From a virus, in the IMG/VR virus record IMGVR_UViG_3300045988_079613: a stretch of 64,000 nt of DNA; one strand, 5' to 3'. Every line of letters begins with the position of its first letter. The first letter of the stretch is position 1. Made by a program: the position numbers and the translations under genes. Below are positions 36,781 to 46,562 of the stretch, piece by piece. Below the pieces are notes generated by a model. That model saw nothing but the letters and a program-made list of their open reading frames with translations. It made no database searches and was not told the origin of the DNA.

Positions 36781-36796
36781 AATTACCTCCTTTCTA

Positions 36797-37645
36797 TTAG
36801 CAACCACATCCATCGTTGTATCCGAATGCTCCATACGCGCCATAGCAGCAGTTAGGATTCGGAACTACGTATGCAGGAGTAGGACACGGAGTCTTTAATT
36901 GAGAAACAATATTAGCTGTCTGAGCTTGAGTAAGGGCTGCTGCTTCTAGAGCTGCTTTTTCACTACGCAATGTATCAATCTTGCTTTGCATTTCACGCAT
37001 TTCAAGCTGACAGAATTTATCGTTGATTATTTGAGTTTGAGCGTCTATTTTAGCACCCAAAATATTAAATTGAGTATTAGCGTTGCTAGTCAGAGTATTC
37101 GTCTGGTTTACTATAGCTAACTGACTTTCATAACCCTGAGTAGTTATAGCATTACGAATATCGCAGCAGCAAGAAGCCAACTGAGATGCAAGGCTTGCAT
37201 TACCGCTCTGGATAGCGTTGATTACTTGTGCACCTGTCAATTTAGTATCACAAGCGATCTGGCTAACACTAGTATTAATAGTGTTCAGTGCATTCTGTAC
37301 TGCATTAATATCACAATTCAAAGTATTAGACAAAGTAGCGATAGCTTCTTTGTTACCATTGATTGCTTGCATTAGCAGATTAGTGTTGGCATCAGTATTT
37401 AATTGAGAAGCAAGCTGTGAAGCTTCACCGCTTCTGTTACCGAAGCCATTACCACCCCAACCGCCCCAAACAAAGAACAGTAAGATGATCCAGATCCACC
37501 AACAACCGTTGCCACCGAAACCTCCATTGTTATTCATCATAGCCATGAGAGCTGCAGGGTCCATACTTTTATTACCATTCTGCATTAATGCAGCTAGACC
37601 AGCGTCAAAACCACGGTCTTGAACAATAATTTTATCTTCTAACAT
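36797..37645 (-). CDS. membrane-anchored coiled-coil protein with Cys-rich C-terminus (282 aa, TAG-free)
   Basis: Hydrophobic segment CWWIWIILLFFVWGGWGG, a long N/Q/A/T heptad-like region, and a C-terminal NPNCCYGAYGAFGYNDGCGC. Confidence 0.65.
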   Translation of the reverse strand: MLEDKIIVQDRGFDAGLAALMQNGNKSMDPAALMAMMNNNGGFGGNGCWWIWIILLFFVWGGWGGNGFGNRSGEASQLASQLNTDANTNLLMQAINGNKEAIATLSNTLNCDINAVQNALNTINTSVSQIACDTKLTGAQVINAIQSGNASLASQLASCCCDIRNAITTQGYESQLAIVNQTNTLTSNANTQFNILGAKIDAQTQIINDKFCQLEMREMQSKIDTLRSEKAALEAAALTQAQTANIVSQLKTPCPTPAYVVPNPNCCYGAYGAFGYNDGCGC

Positions 37646-37677
37646 AATTGATTTTATTTAGGATTGATTTAATTTGA

Positions 37678-38280
37678 TTAATATCTAATGTAGCGCACAG
37701 AACGACCACGTTTGAATTCTTCTTCCATAGGAAAGGATTTTTCTCTTTCTCTCTCCTTCTCAAAGTCTCTTTCATCGTATTCTCTGTCGTATTCTCTACG
37801 TCTACCATATGAAGATCTACCCATTCTACGGTAGTTTCCATAACGTTCCTCTTCGTCATCATCTTCGTACTTGCTGTAATGTCTTTCATAAAGATCTTCT
37901 TCAGCGTTTCTAATCTTATCACACATGACATAAATATAGTAGAACCACATCTTACCTTCATCTATATCTTTGTCACAGATCCAAGCTTTAGCTAATTCTA
38001 CGAAGAACTTCGTATTGTTAGTGCCGGTAATGTTAACAATGACACGATAGTAATCAGAGTATACCATATTCAATGCAACGTACCAATCATATTTGTTTAT
38101 CTTTTCATCTAAACGAATACCATATTGATTAGCTAATGCTGTAGTTTCTTCTAATGACCAATGTTGACCTCTTGTTCCGTCTTCATTTTCCATTTTATTT
38201 ACAGCTTTACGAGCATGTTCTTCATTGAAATGAGGACCGTGTTCAGCTTCATAAGCTTTTGTACGGATTATTCTATGCAT
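37678..38280 (-). CDS. hypothetical protein with R/E/D/Y-rich charged tail (200 aa, TAG-free)
   Basis: Uninterrupted ORF ending in TAA. C-terminal YGNYRRMGRSSYGRRREYDREYDERDFEKEREREK. Confidence 0.6.
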   Translation of the reverse strand: MHRIIRTKAYEAEHGPHFNEEHARKAVNKMENEDGTRGQHWSLEETTALANQYGIRLDEKINKYDWYVALNMVYSDYYRVIVNITGTNNTKFFVELAKAWICDKDIDEGKMWFYYIYVMCDKIRNAEEDLYERHYSKYEDDDEEERYGNYRRMGRSSYGRRREYDREYDERDFEKEREREKSFPMEEEFKRGRSVRYIRY

Positions 38281-38315
38281 ATTATTATTGATTAATTTAT
38301 GTTTATAATAATAGT

Positions 38316-38954
38316 TTATTTGATTTCTATTATTCTGGTATCAGTTACTTTGATAAGTTTATTGGAATTATCTATAGTAAATTTGCGAATTTTATCTTTT
38401 TTAAAGTCAAAGTGAAAGAACCTGGACAGCCACGATTTGTACTAATTACGATACACTTTTTTTTCTTCTATGAACAATGTCTAAGCATTCTTCAAATCTA
38501 ATGTGACTGATAAGATTGAATCTTTTCTACTTACTATGATTGTCGTTAATTTATTGAGTTTTAACTTCTTACTAAAATCTGATTCTTTTGTTTGGATTAC
38601 TGTTTTGATTGAATCCTTTACTTCTGTATTGATTACTTGAGCTTGTACCAGGTTCTTATCTTTAACTTTTAATTTCTTTTTGGTTTCATTAAGCTATTCA
38701 ATTATACTGTCTTTACTACATTTTAACTAATCTATAGTAAGCTATAATGTTCTATTAGCCTAATCTTTCTTGTCAAATAGAGATTCATAGTAACTAGTAT
38801 TATTAACTAGCCTAGCTATCTCTGCATCCTTTTTTTTCAGTTGGTTGTACATAAAAAAAGCACTTACCGTTAGAATACATATGAAACTTATGGTAAGTGC
38901 TTTGAAATTTCCTTTCAACCAATTAACTACTGTGAGTATTGCTGTTATTATCAT
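38316..38954 (-). CDS. N-terminal TM plus coiled-coil protein (i-spanin-like candidate, about 212 aa)
   Basis: TM segment ALTISFICILTVSAFFMY followed by charged helical sequence. Overlaps the end of the holin-like gene by 32 nt. Extended through 6 TAGs to TAA 38316-38318. Confidence 0.4.
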
Positions 38955-39456
38955 TATTGGTATTTTTTAAATCATTAATGTCAATATCTACTCCGAGATA
39001 TTTCTCACCTTTAGATTTGATAACCTTTCCTAAAACTTTTTCTATTACTTTACAAATCTTGCAATCTGGATGTAAATCTTTCATAGATTCAAGCCAAGAT
39101 ATAAACTCTGTTCCACATATCATACCAGATATAAACTCTACAGCATGCAAATCTATAGAAGTAACTATACTAGTATCTATTACATGTGCTCCTGCTATCA
39201 ACAGTACAGCCTCAAATAACTTATTTATAGTCTTCCATAATTTGTAGTACTCTATCTACTTATGACCATACTTACGAGAAACTTTATAACCAAGAATTAC
39301 ATCTACAATGATAAATAAACATACGCAAACAACAGTTACTGAAATTGGTGTAAAGTAGCTAGTGATTCCCGCTAGTATTCCAGCAGATGTTTTTTGTGCA
39401 CTGCTGAACATACTTTTTAATAGTGTCATAACCGGATCTCCTATATTGTGAATCAT
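38923..39456 (-). CDS. holin-like small membrane protein (177 aa, 1 TAG)
   Basis: Track fragments 39256..39456 and 38923..39201 are in the same phase and joined by one TAG. Hydrophobic segments GILAGITSYFTPISVTVVCVCLFIIVDVILG and LLIAGAHVI. The call rests on these segments and on adjacency to a TM/coiled-coil gene. Confidence 0.4.
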
Positions 39457-39467
39457 AGCAAGTGTTT

Positions 39468-39506
39468 TGAAAAGTAAAACCCTAGCTGATAATTAGTCTG
39501 CCAGGG
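39468..39506 (-). terminator. terminator-like hairpin after the RT gene
   Basis: Minus strand CCCTGG-(15 nt)-CTAGGG followed by TTTTACTTTT. The loop region carries a direct repeat TTATCAGC x2. Confidence 0.45.
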
Positions 39507-39569
39507 CTGATAATATTGTTTTGATATACTTATAAAACGTATATATTTATATATAGTTTCTTAGTCTAA

Positions 39570-40577
39570 TTATTCTTTAATATATTCTAATAGCTCTTTA
39601 TATTTAGACATTTTATTTAATAAGTTACGTCCATTACAGTATTTAATCCAACCTATATAGCTACATATTTTTTGCTTATACGTATCTTTATCTAGGTTCT
39701 ATTTTTTATTTAACTTGTTTATCTTTTTGCAGAATCTCTTTTTTATACGCTTTCTTAATAACGTATGAGTATGAAATACTCTATATCCTACAAAATCTAT
39801 ACCTCTCGAATCTACCTTAAATATCTACCAATTATCTTTAAAGTTTAACTTTAATTTATTATTAAGATAATCCTGTATGTTATAGAATAAATCTCGTAAC
39901 TACTACTTATCTCCACCTAATATTACAATATCATCTGCATATCTAAAGTAGTATCTAACTTTCTTTTGTTCTTTAATCCAGTGATCTAAATAAGTAAGAT
40001 ATAAATTAGCAAAGAACTAGGATAAGTAATTACCAATAGGTACTCCCTAAGCTGATTCTATTATTTCATCTAACAGACTTAATAGTCTTTTGTCTTTTAT
40101 TTTTTTCCTTATTATTGTTTTTAATATATCATGATCTATAGAAGAATAGAACTTTCTGATATCTAACTTTAAACAGTATTGCGTATTTATTTCATCCTTT
40201 AAAGCAAATTTAACATCTTTCAAAGCTTTGTGTATACCGCGCTTTCTAATGCAACTATAAGTTCCTTTTATAAATGCAGATACCCATATAGGCTCCATTA
40301 TATTCATAATTGCGTGATGTACAATTCTATCAGGATAGTATGGTAGCTTAAATATTTCTCTTTCTTTTGGTTCATATATTTTGAAAACATAATATTCGGA
40401 AGTTTCGTATTCCCCATTTATTAGTTTTCTTTGTAGATCTAGAAGTAACTTGTCTTTGTTCTTATCAAATAACATTACTTCAGGTCTATGTGATTTCTAT
40501 CTTCTAGCTTTTTTATCAGCCTCATATAAGTTATCTAAACTTACTATTTTATCAAATAAATTATTGTATCTTTTCAT
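39570..40577 (-). CDS. DGR-type reverse transcriptase (335 aa, 6 in-frame TAGs)
   Basis: MKRYNNLFDKIVSLDNLYEA opening. PKEREIFKLPYYPDRIVHHAIMNIMEPIW (motifs 1-2). LKLDIRKFYSSIDHD (motif 3). GVPIGNYLS-TAG-FFANLYL (motif 4, (I/L)GxxxSQ). RYADDIVILG (YxDD). Fully hand-translated from ATG 40577 to TAA 39570-39572. Confidence 0.85.
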
Positions 40578-40704
40578 CTGAAATCCTATTTCGAGTTTTC
40601 ACAAAGTTACTAACACGAAGATTTTAATTAGTCATTTTTTACCTAGTGGTAAAGTCTCCTCTAACAGTTTTTTCATCTTATTATTCAGATGTGTTTTGTT
40701 AAGG

Positions 40705-40802
40705 TTTCAGTGTACTGACATTGGCATTAGCATTGCTAAGTGTATTGTTAGAATTCAAATTGAGCAAACTGGAATTCGTACTATTACTAGTGTTACTGCT
40801 TA
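40705..40802 (-). repeat. DGR template repeat (TR)
   Basis: 98-nt match to 40849-40946 at an offset of 144. In the VR frame it reads AGC AGT AAC ACT AGT AAT AGT ACG AAT ..., which is rich in AAY/AGY codons. Confidence 0.8.
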
Positions 40803-40820
40803 ATGACAGAGGACAACTTT

Positions 40821-40848
40821 ATCTATATTTAAATTACGGTATATAGAT
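40821..40848. repeat. 8-bp inverted repeat abutting the 3' end of VR and enclosing the target stop codon
   Basis: ATCTATAT (40821-40828) and ATATAGAT (40841-40848) with a 12-nt loop containing TAA 40834-40836. Confidence 0.5.
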
Positions 40849-42075
40849 CAACCGAGTACCGACATAGGCACTAGCATTGCCAAGCGTATCGCGAGAACCC
40901 AAACCGAGCCAACCGGAATACGCACTATAACTAGCGCCACCGCCTACAATTAAGGTTCTATTTGAAGTGCTATTATTGGTATAATTATAATCACACCAGT
41001 ATGTAGTAGCACTTCCTCCATATGCCTCATCAATTGGTGGAAACAAATCAAATGATTCATTATAAATGAGTCTCTTCTTATAACCATCAGTAGTTACAGT
41101 ACTACATTGTAAGTTATAATCTGAAATGTTAGTCGAACCAAATTTACTTACATCGGTAGTAACATAAACGTCATTTTTCGTAGAAGTTGCATTATAATGT
41201 ATAAGTGTGTCTATACAATTTTTCCATACGTGACCGAATGGATTCTCTATTCCTCTGTAAGTAGGAACACTGTAAGTCTTCTGAGTAACAACTCCCTCTG
41301 CATCACTGCTATCAACAGTAACTGAAGTAATTCCTGTAGAATTACCGTGTTCATCAGTACTACCACAGGGTATGAAATTATATTTAGCTACTCCGTTCAC
41401 TTGTATACTACCAGTAGTAACACCATCTCCTAGACCTCCCTGATGATAACCTTCTGCAGTTAATTCAGCATTAAATGCTTTTTGAGAATTAGTACAAGCA
41501 TATTCTACTAAATATAGTATAGTAAGTACCTTGTGTGCATTATAAGTATATATATTCCAATTAGTACTACCGGCCTTATTAGCCCTAGCTCTTTGTTGCA
41601 TTGTGGTTCTTGCAATATTAACTGAAGGAGTAATATTATCACCTTTAATAGACTTATATACATCTTCAACATTAGATGCTTCGTATGCTGAAATATAGAA
41701 CTTCTCTACATGCTCTACTCCAGGTATCATGGGATCTGCAGGATACAAATTTAGATATACGGTATTGTCATCCTTCATACACTTATACCAAAACTCAGGT
41801 ATTTCTACCATAGTATTTAAAGTCATATCTCTATCAGAACCATCTTCATATTTAGTTCTATCGTCTGCTTTAAGATATTTAACCACACCATCAGCAGTAA
41901 GTGTACATGATTTCATTTTAGATTGAATCGGTAATTCTTTATGCCAAGGCATATAACCAATTCTAGTCAAAGTAGTACTTTGAGGTTCTATAGGGAAACT
42001 AACCCCATAATAATTAGTAAATACGTTAGCGTTTCCTAAACGGACAGCTACAATATTTTTATCTCCAAGTTCCAT
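40834..42075 (-). CDS. DGR target protein, tail-associated receptor-binding candidate (413 aa, TAG-free)
   Basis: Uninterrupted ORF. The C-terminal ...IVGGGASYSAYSGWLGLGSRDTLGNASAYVGTRLIYIP is encoded by VR and resembles C-type-lectin-fold DGR variable regions. ATG lies 2 nt after the TAA of a small fibre-like gene. Confidence 0.75.
   Translation of the reverse strand: MELGDKNIVAVRLGNANVFTNYYGVSFPIEPQSTTLTRIGYMPWHKELPIQSKMKSCTLTADGVVKYLKADDRTKYEDGSDRDMTLNTMVEIPEFWYKCMKDDNTVYLNLYPADPMIPGVEHVEKFYISAYEASNVEDVYKSIKGDNITPSVNIARTTMQQRARANKAGSTNWNIYTYNAHKVLTILYLVEYACTNSQKAFNAELTAEGYHQGGLGDGVTTGSIQVNGVAKYNFIPCGSTDEHGNSTGITSVTVDSSDAEGVVTQKTYSVPTYRGIENPFGHVWKNCIDTLIHYNATSTKNDVYVTTDVSKFGSTNISDYNLQCSTVTTDGYKKRLIYNESFDLFPPIDEAYGGSATTYWCDYNYTNNSTSNRTLIVGGGASYSAYSGWLGLGSRDTLGNASAYVGTRLIYIP
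40849..40946 (-). repeat. DGR variable repeat (VR)
   Basis: 27 differences from TR. 25 are at positions where the TR coding strand is A (25 of 37 TR adenines changed, against 2 of 61 other positions). Confidence 0.8.
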
Positions 42076-42077
42076 AA

Positions 42078-42584
42078 TTATTCGTAAATTAAGTATAATG
42101 TTTTAGAATTTTTATTAGGTAATGCGTTATATTCTGCTTGAGTCATAGTAACTATGTTGTTAACAACCTCTGATGATATACAATTAGTTAAATCTACAGT
42201 TTCTGATAATTTATCCCATTCTGCTGGATCAGCATTAATGCATACATAATTAGCTCCTGTATCATCCACGTTGTACACATCTCCGACTACAGATACCTCA
42301 GGTAAAGAATCAAAGTCTGCTACAGTACCTTTTACTCTATATACAGATGCTACCTTAGCGTCTACCTATTCCTTATTATAGGTATCAGACTTATCTGCTT
42401 TGTTATCAATCTTCTCTTCTAGTTGTTCTATTACTTCTGTATCTCCACTGATAGGAGCCCAACCAGAATTCTTATAAACTTTAATTACAGCACCTGTTGG
42501 ATCTTCTTTTAGATCAATCCAGTAATTTACTTCCTTAGGATCTGGAGCTGTAACACTGGCTTTAAAATTTATGTTTTCTTTCAT
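42078..42584 (-). CDS. small tail-fibre-like protein (168 aa, 1 TAG)
   Basis: Fragments 42366..42584 and 42078..42278 are in the same phase. Confidence 0.5.
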
Positions 42585-42593
42585 TGTTATATG

Positions 42594-43148
42594 TTATTTA
42601 CTTAAGTTTATAATTAACTTATCTGGATATCCAACAGTATAGTCATAATTGTTAATTTGTTCTTTACTGTTTAGTTTTTTAATGTTGGCTATATGTTGTT
42701 GAGTAGTATTATAACATTCAGATGCGTATAACTCTATATTATCCATTATACTGTCAAATTGGTTTAATGGTATGATAGTCTTATTATTATTGTACCATAC
42801 GGTTATATCTGCTTCTCCATTAGCTTTTTTGATATTGGCTAATTCTCTTATAGATAATCTCTCCGTTTTATTAAGCCAAATGGAAGCTCCGTCAATAATT
42901 ACAGAATTAACAATATCTGATTTATCATACCGCTCTATATTCTATATAGTTATCTTCTTTACTTCGTCTATAGTAGCTACGTAATCTACAGCTATAGGAT
43001 ACCCATTCTCATCTTCAGATATTAATTTACCTTGAGATTGAGCAAATAATAATTCCTACCAATATTCTTCTGTTATTTCTACCCCTCCGTCTACCGGTTC
43101 ACAATAAAACCCTTGTTTCCAATATATTCTATTACTTATATTCTTCAT
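42594..43148 (-). CDS. DUF4376-like tail-fibre-associated protein (184 aa)
   Basis: Hand-translated. C-terminal ELYASECYNTTQQHIANIKKLNSKEQINNYDYTVGYPDKL resembles the DUF4376 consensus (from memory). Confidence 0.45.
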
Positions 43149-43149
43149 A

Positions 43150-46100
43150 TTATCTTTTCCATTTACCTATTGCTATATAACTTACTGGTTGTGTAGTATA
43201 TGCTGCCGAAGTACTCATATCAGCTTCTGTCGCTCTATATGTGAAACCAGCCGCGTAAACCTATGTAACTACTGCACTATACATATTACGATAAGTATTA
43301 TTATTGGTTTTGAATGAGACCATTACAGTCCATGGAACAGCGTAAAAACCAATAGGAAACGTTACAGTTCTTAACTCTGTAGAAGCACTAGGTGTATGTG
43401 TACCCCAGCATATCTATAGTCCGTTTATAAATCTCTAATATCCATCAGTATTAAATCTACTGCTTTCGTTCCAATTTTTCATACTAACAACAGCCTGATC
43501 GTTAGTAGTAAATGTGCCACTATCGTAGTCTTCAACATTAAATACTTCAGATATACAATTTCCTTGATCGTCTATAATGGAAGCATATACTGCAACCCCA
43601 TTAGACAAACCTCCGCTGTCTAAATCAGAGTTTGCTATAACCATTGGAAATGTACCGTAGTCACCTTGAGGGTTACCATAATATAAGAATTGATACTCGT
43701 TTAAATCTACATCATTATTTATTTTTTTTAGTATAGCAACATCTGCACTATTGAGAGTGACATAAGTACTTCTATCTGTCTTAAATAAATCATTAGTAGT
43801 AAATATTGCTACTTTACTATTAGCAGGTTCACCTTGAGGTCCTTGTGGTCCAACATCACCTTTATCTCCTTTATCACCTTTGTCCCCCTTCGGCCCAGTA
43901 GGACCAGTGTCTCCTTTGTTTCCTTTCGGACCCTATTTTCCTTGCAATCCTGTATGACCTTGAGGTATACCAAATCTGAATGTTCTGGCACTAGCTGTAC
44001 CACCCATTGTTACTGTTGCTTCTGAAGTATAAGGTAGAGTAACAGCAGATACCTCTGTAATAGTTGCTGCAGTACCGGTATCACCTTTAGGTCCCTGAGC
44101 CCCTGTATCACCCTTGGGTCCAGCTTCACCTCTAGAAGGTTTACCGGTATTAGTATCTCCTAAATACCAGTTACCATTGGAACCAATAGTTGGTGTTATA
44201 CCGTTCTCACCTGGATCCCCTTTATCTCCCTTAGGCCCCGATGCAGATGCTGGTATGTTAATTGTTTTAGCTGCAGATCCATCCCAAGTTCCTGTTACAG
44301 CTCCAGTAAATGTCAATGCATATGGAGTTGGCAGTTTATCCGCTGTAGTAGCTATTTTCTTCCAAGTGTTCCATCCGGCATCATTTATCGCGTCTCTGAA
44401 AAATAGATGATCTCTGTCCCCATGTGATAAAGCTAATTGCAACGTAAAATTGCCTGTATTGCCAGGTAATATAGAAGACGAACTAGCTATTTGTACTATT
44501 TCTCCATATAGTCCACTAATTGGAATAGTACCTTCATTATCTGGAGCATATGCTCCAAAGAACGAACCAGTCACTTGATCTATATTATTAACATTTAGCA
44601 ATCTAGTAAAATCAGTAACTGATTTAGTAGTTCCGTTACCAAGCAACATATGAGAACCATCTGAACCAGATACTACATAACCGGTTGCCCATAATCTAGA
44701 TGAAGAGTCTCTCTATGCTACAGAATTAGCAACAGAAGATGAGGAGAATGTAGGTTTATTAGCTATATTACCCCAAGTTAAATCATTGTAATAGGCTAAA
44801 GCTTTCCATTCTGCATCTGCCAATGTTCTAGTAGTCCCATTGAAATCACTTCTAACATACATTCTTACTACCCTTATAGTACTCTATCTTAGATCTGGAA
44901 TATAAAACTAAGTGATACTAGTACCGCTAGTAAAACTTAAGAACTACCCATAATCATATGATCCGGTTCCTAAATCATCTGCATTAGTATATCCTATAGC
45001 TTCTATGTAACACGTATCAGCGTAATTTTTACTTACTGGACCAACGCTCTTAGCATACTTATTAGAATCCTTACCATCAAGCAATTGAGCATTAAGATTA
45101 GTAACCAAATTAGTATTAGTCATAGTACCACCAGATAAACTAAGTTTACCAGATAATCCACTATTCAATTCTGTCTTAGTAGCTAACGCACTAGTATCGG
45201 GTATAGTAGGTTTATTAGTTAGATCATTATAGTTACCAGAGAATTCAATAATCTCAGACCATGCAGCATTTCTTCTACCATATTTTTTATTATCCTTTGG
45301 TGCTTCACCTACTTCTCCAGCTCCTGCTGTAATTTCAATATTACCTGCTCCAACTAAAGATTCCCCATTAACCGTCTTTATGTTAGTACCACTTACCAGG
45401 GTGTTTTGTTTCTACGAATCTAGTGCGTATATTTGACCTACTAGGTTATTCTCTACCTCTGTAGCTCTAGCAGTTTCTGCTTCTATTGATCCTATCAACT
45501 GCTAATTAGATTCTTCAAACTCTGATCTAACAGAATTAATAGCTGCAGCTACACCTGTTAATTTTACACCATTAGGGCCTACTGTCAAATATGAATCTGA
45601 TGTAGAGTCTATAACTACATTAAATTTATTAGACGCAGCAAGTTGTAACCCATTTCCAGCAGTATATACATCTACTAAATCACCTATGTTAACCCTTACT
45701 ATAGAATCTCCATCTTCTGCTACAAAAGTGAATACTAAACTAGTAGTATCTGCATCATATACAACTCCTTTAAGAAATCTATCTTTAGGTATACTAATTT
45801 CTCCAGCATTAATAGAATCTACCATTAATGTGTAATGCAAACTATTCTACTAATCCTAGATCAATTCTACTGATGCTACTTTACTATTTTGGAGATTAGT
45901 TATTAAAGTGTCTTGTGCGTCATTACGATTCTTCTCAGTAGTAATTTTATTAGTATTAGCATTTTCTGCATTAGTAGCTCTGGTAATTTCATCAGTAATT
46001 CTTTGTCCTAAAGCATTATCTGCGGCTTTGTATGCAGTCTCAACTTCATCTATTCTATCAGAAAGACCACTATCACTACCAATTGATTCTTTCAATTCTG

Positions 46101-46548
46101 TAATAGATTCTTTAACATAGCTATCTAAGGAATATACAGAACCAATTATTTGATTCTCTGCAGTTTGTGCTCTACTTATTTCTGTATTAATAGCATCAGT
46201 ATTCTTTGACTCAGCAGCTTTAGCTCTATCTGATTCATCTTTAATAGCTTTAGTATTAGTTTCTTCAGCCTATTTAGCTCTAGCTATTTCATTATTTATT
46301 TTTTCAAGATTATCTGCTTCTGCCTGTTGAGCTCTTGCTGTTTCTGCAGACACACTATTCTATATGTCTCTTTCTGCTTGAGTAGCTCTAGCAATCTCTT
46401 CATCGAGTTCTGTTTTTAAGCTATTCGTACTCTGGTTAATATCAGATTGGTACTTCTATAAATCTTTATCCCAAGTTTGATCGGTATTGACTATCTTAGG
46501 ATCTGTAGTATCATTAACCAGGGTACCATATATTTTAATGTTTGCCAT
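43150..46548 (-). CDS. tail fibre with coiled-coil N-terminal repeats and collagen-like G-X-Y tracts (about 1,132 aa)
   Basis: Same-phase fragments 43435..46095. GPKGDKGDPGENG, GEAGPKGDTGAQGPKGDTG, and after a TAG GPKGNKGDTGPTGPKGDKGDKGDKGDVGPQGPQG. ATG 46548. TAA 43150-43152 hand-checked. Confidence 0.7.
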
Positions 46549-46562
46549 AATATATTTTATTC

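Larger units (their letters stand above)
39570..42075 (-). mobile_element. diversity-generating retroelement cassette (target gene with VR - TR - RT)
   Basis: See the component features. Order on the minus strand: target CDS, VR at its 3' end, 46 nt, TR, 127-nt spacer, RT. Confidence 0.8.

Noticed and set aside
39570-40577. RT as a retron or group II intron reverse transcriptase
   Set aside because: No intron RNA domains or maturase/endonuclease extension, and no msr/msd-like repeats. Instead there is an adjacent TR/VR pair with adenine-specific mismatches and the (I/L)GxxxSQ motif, which point to a DGR.
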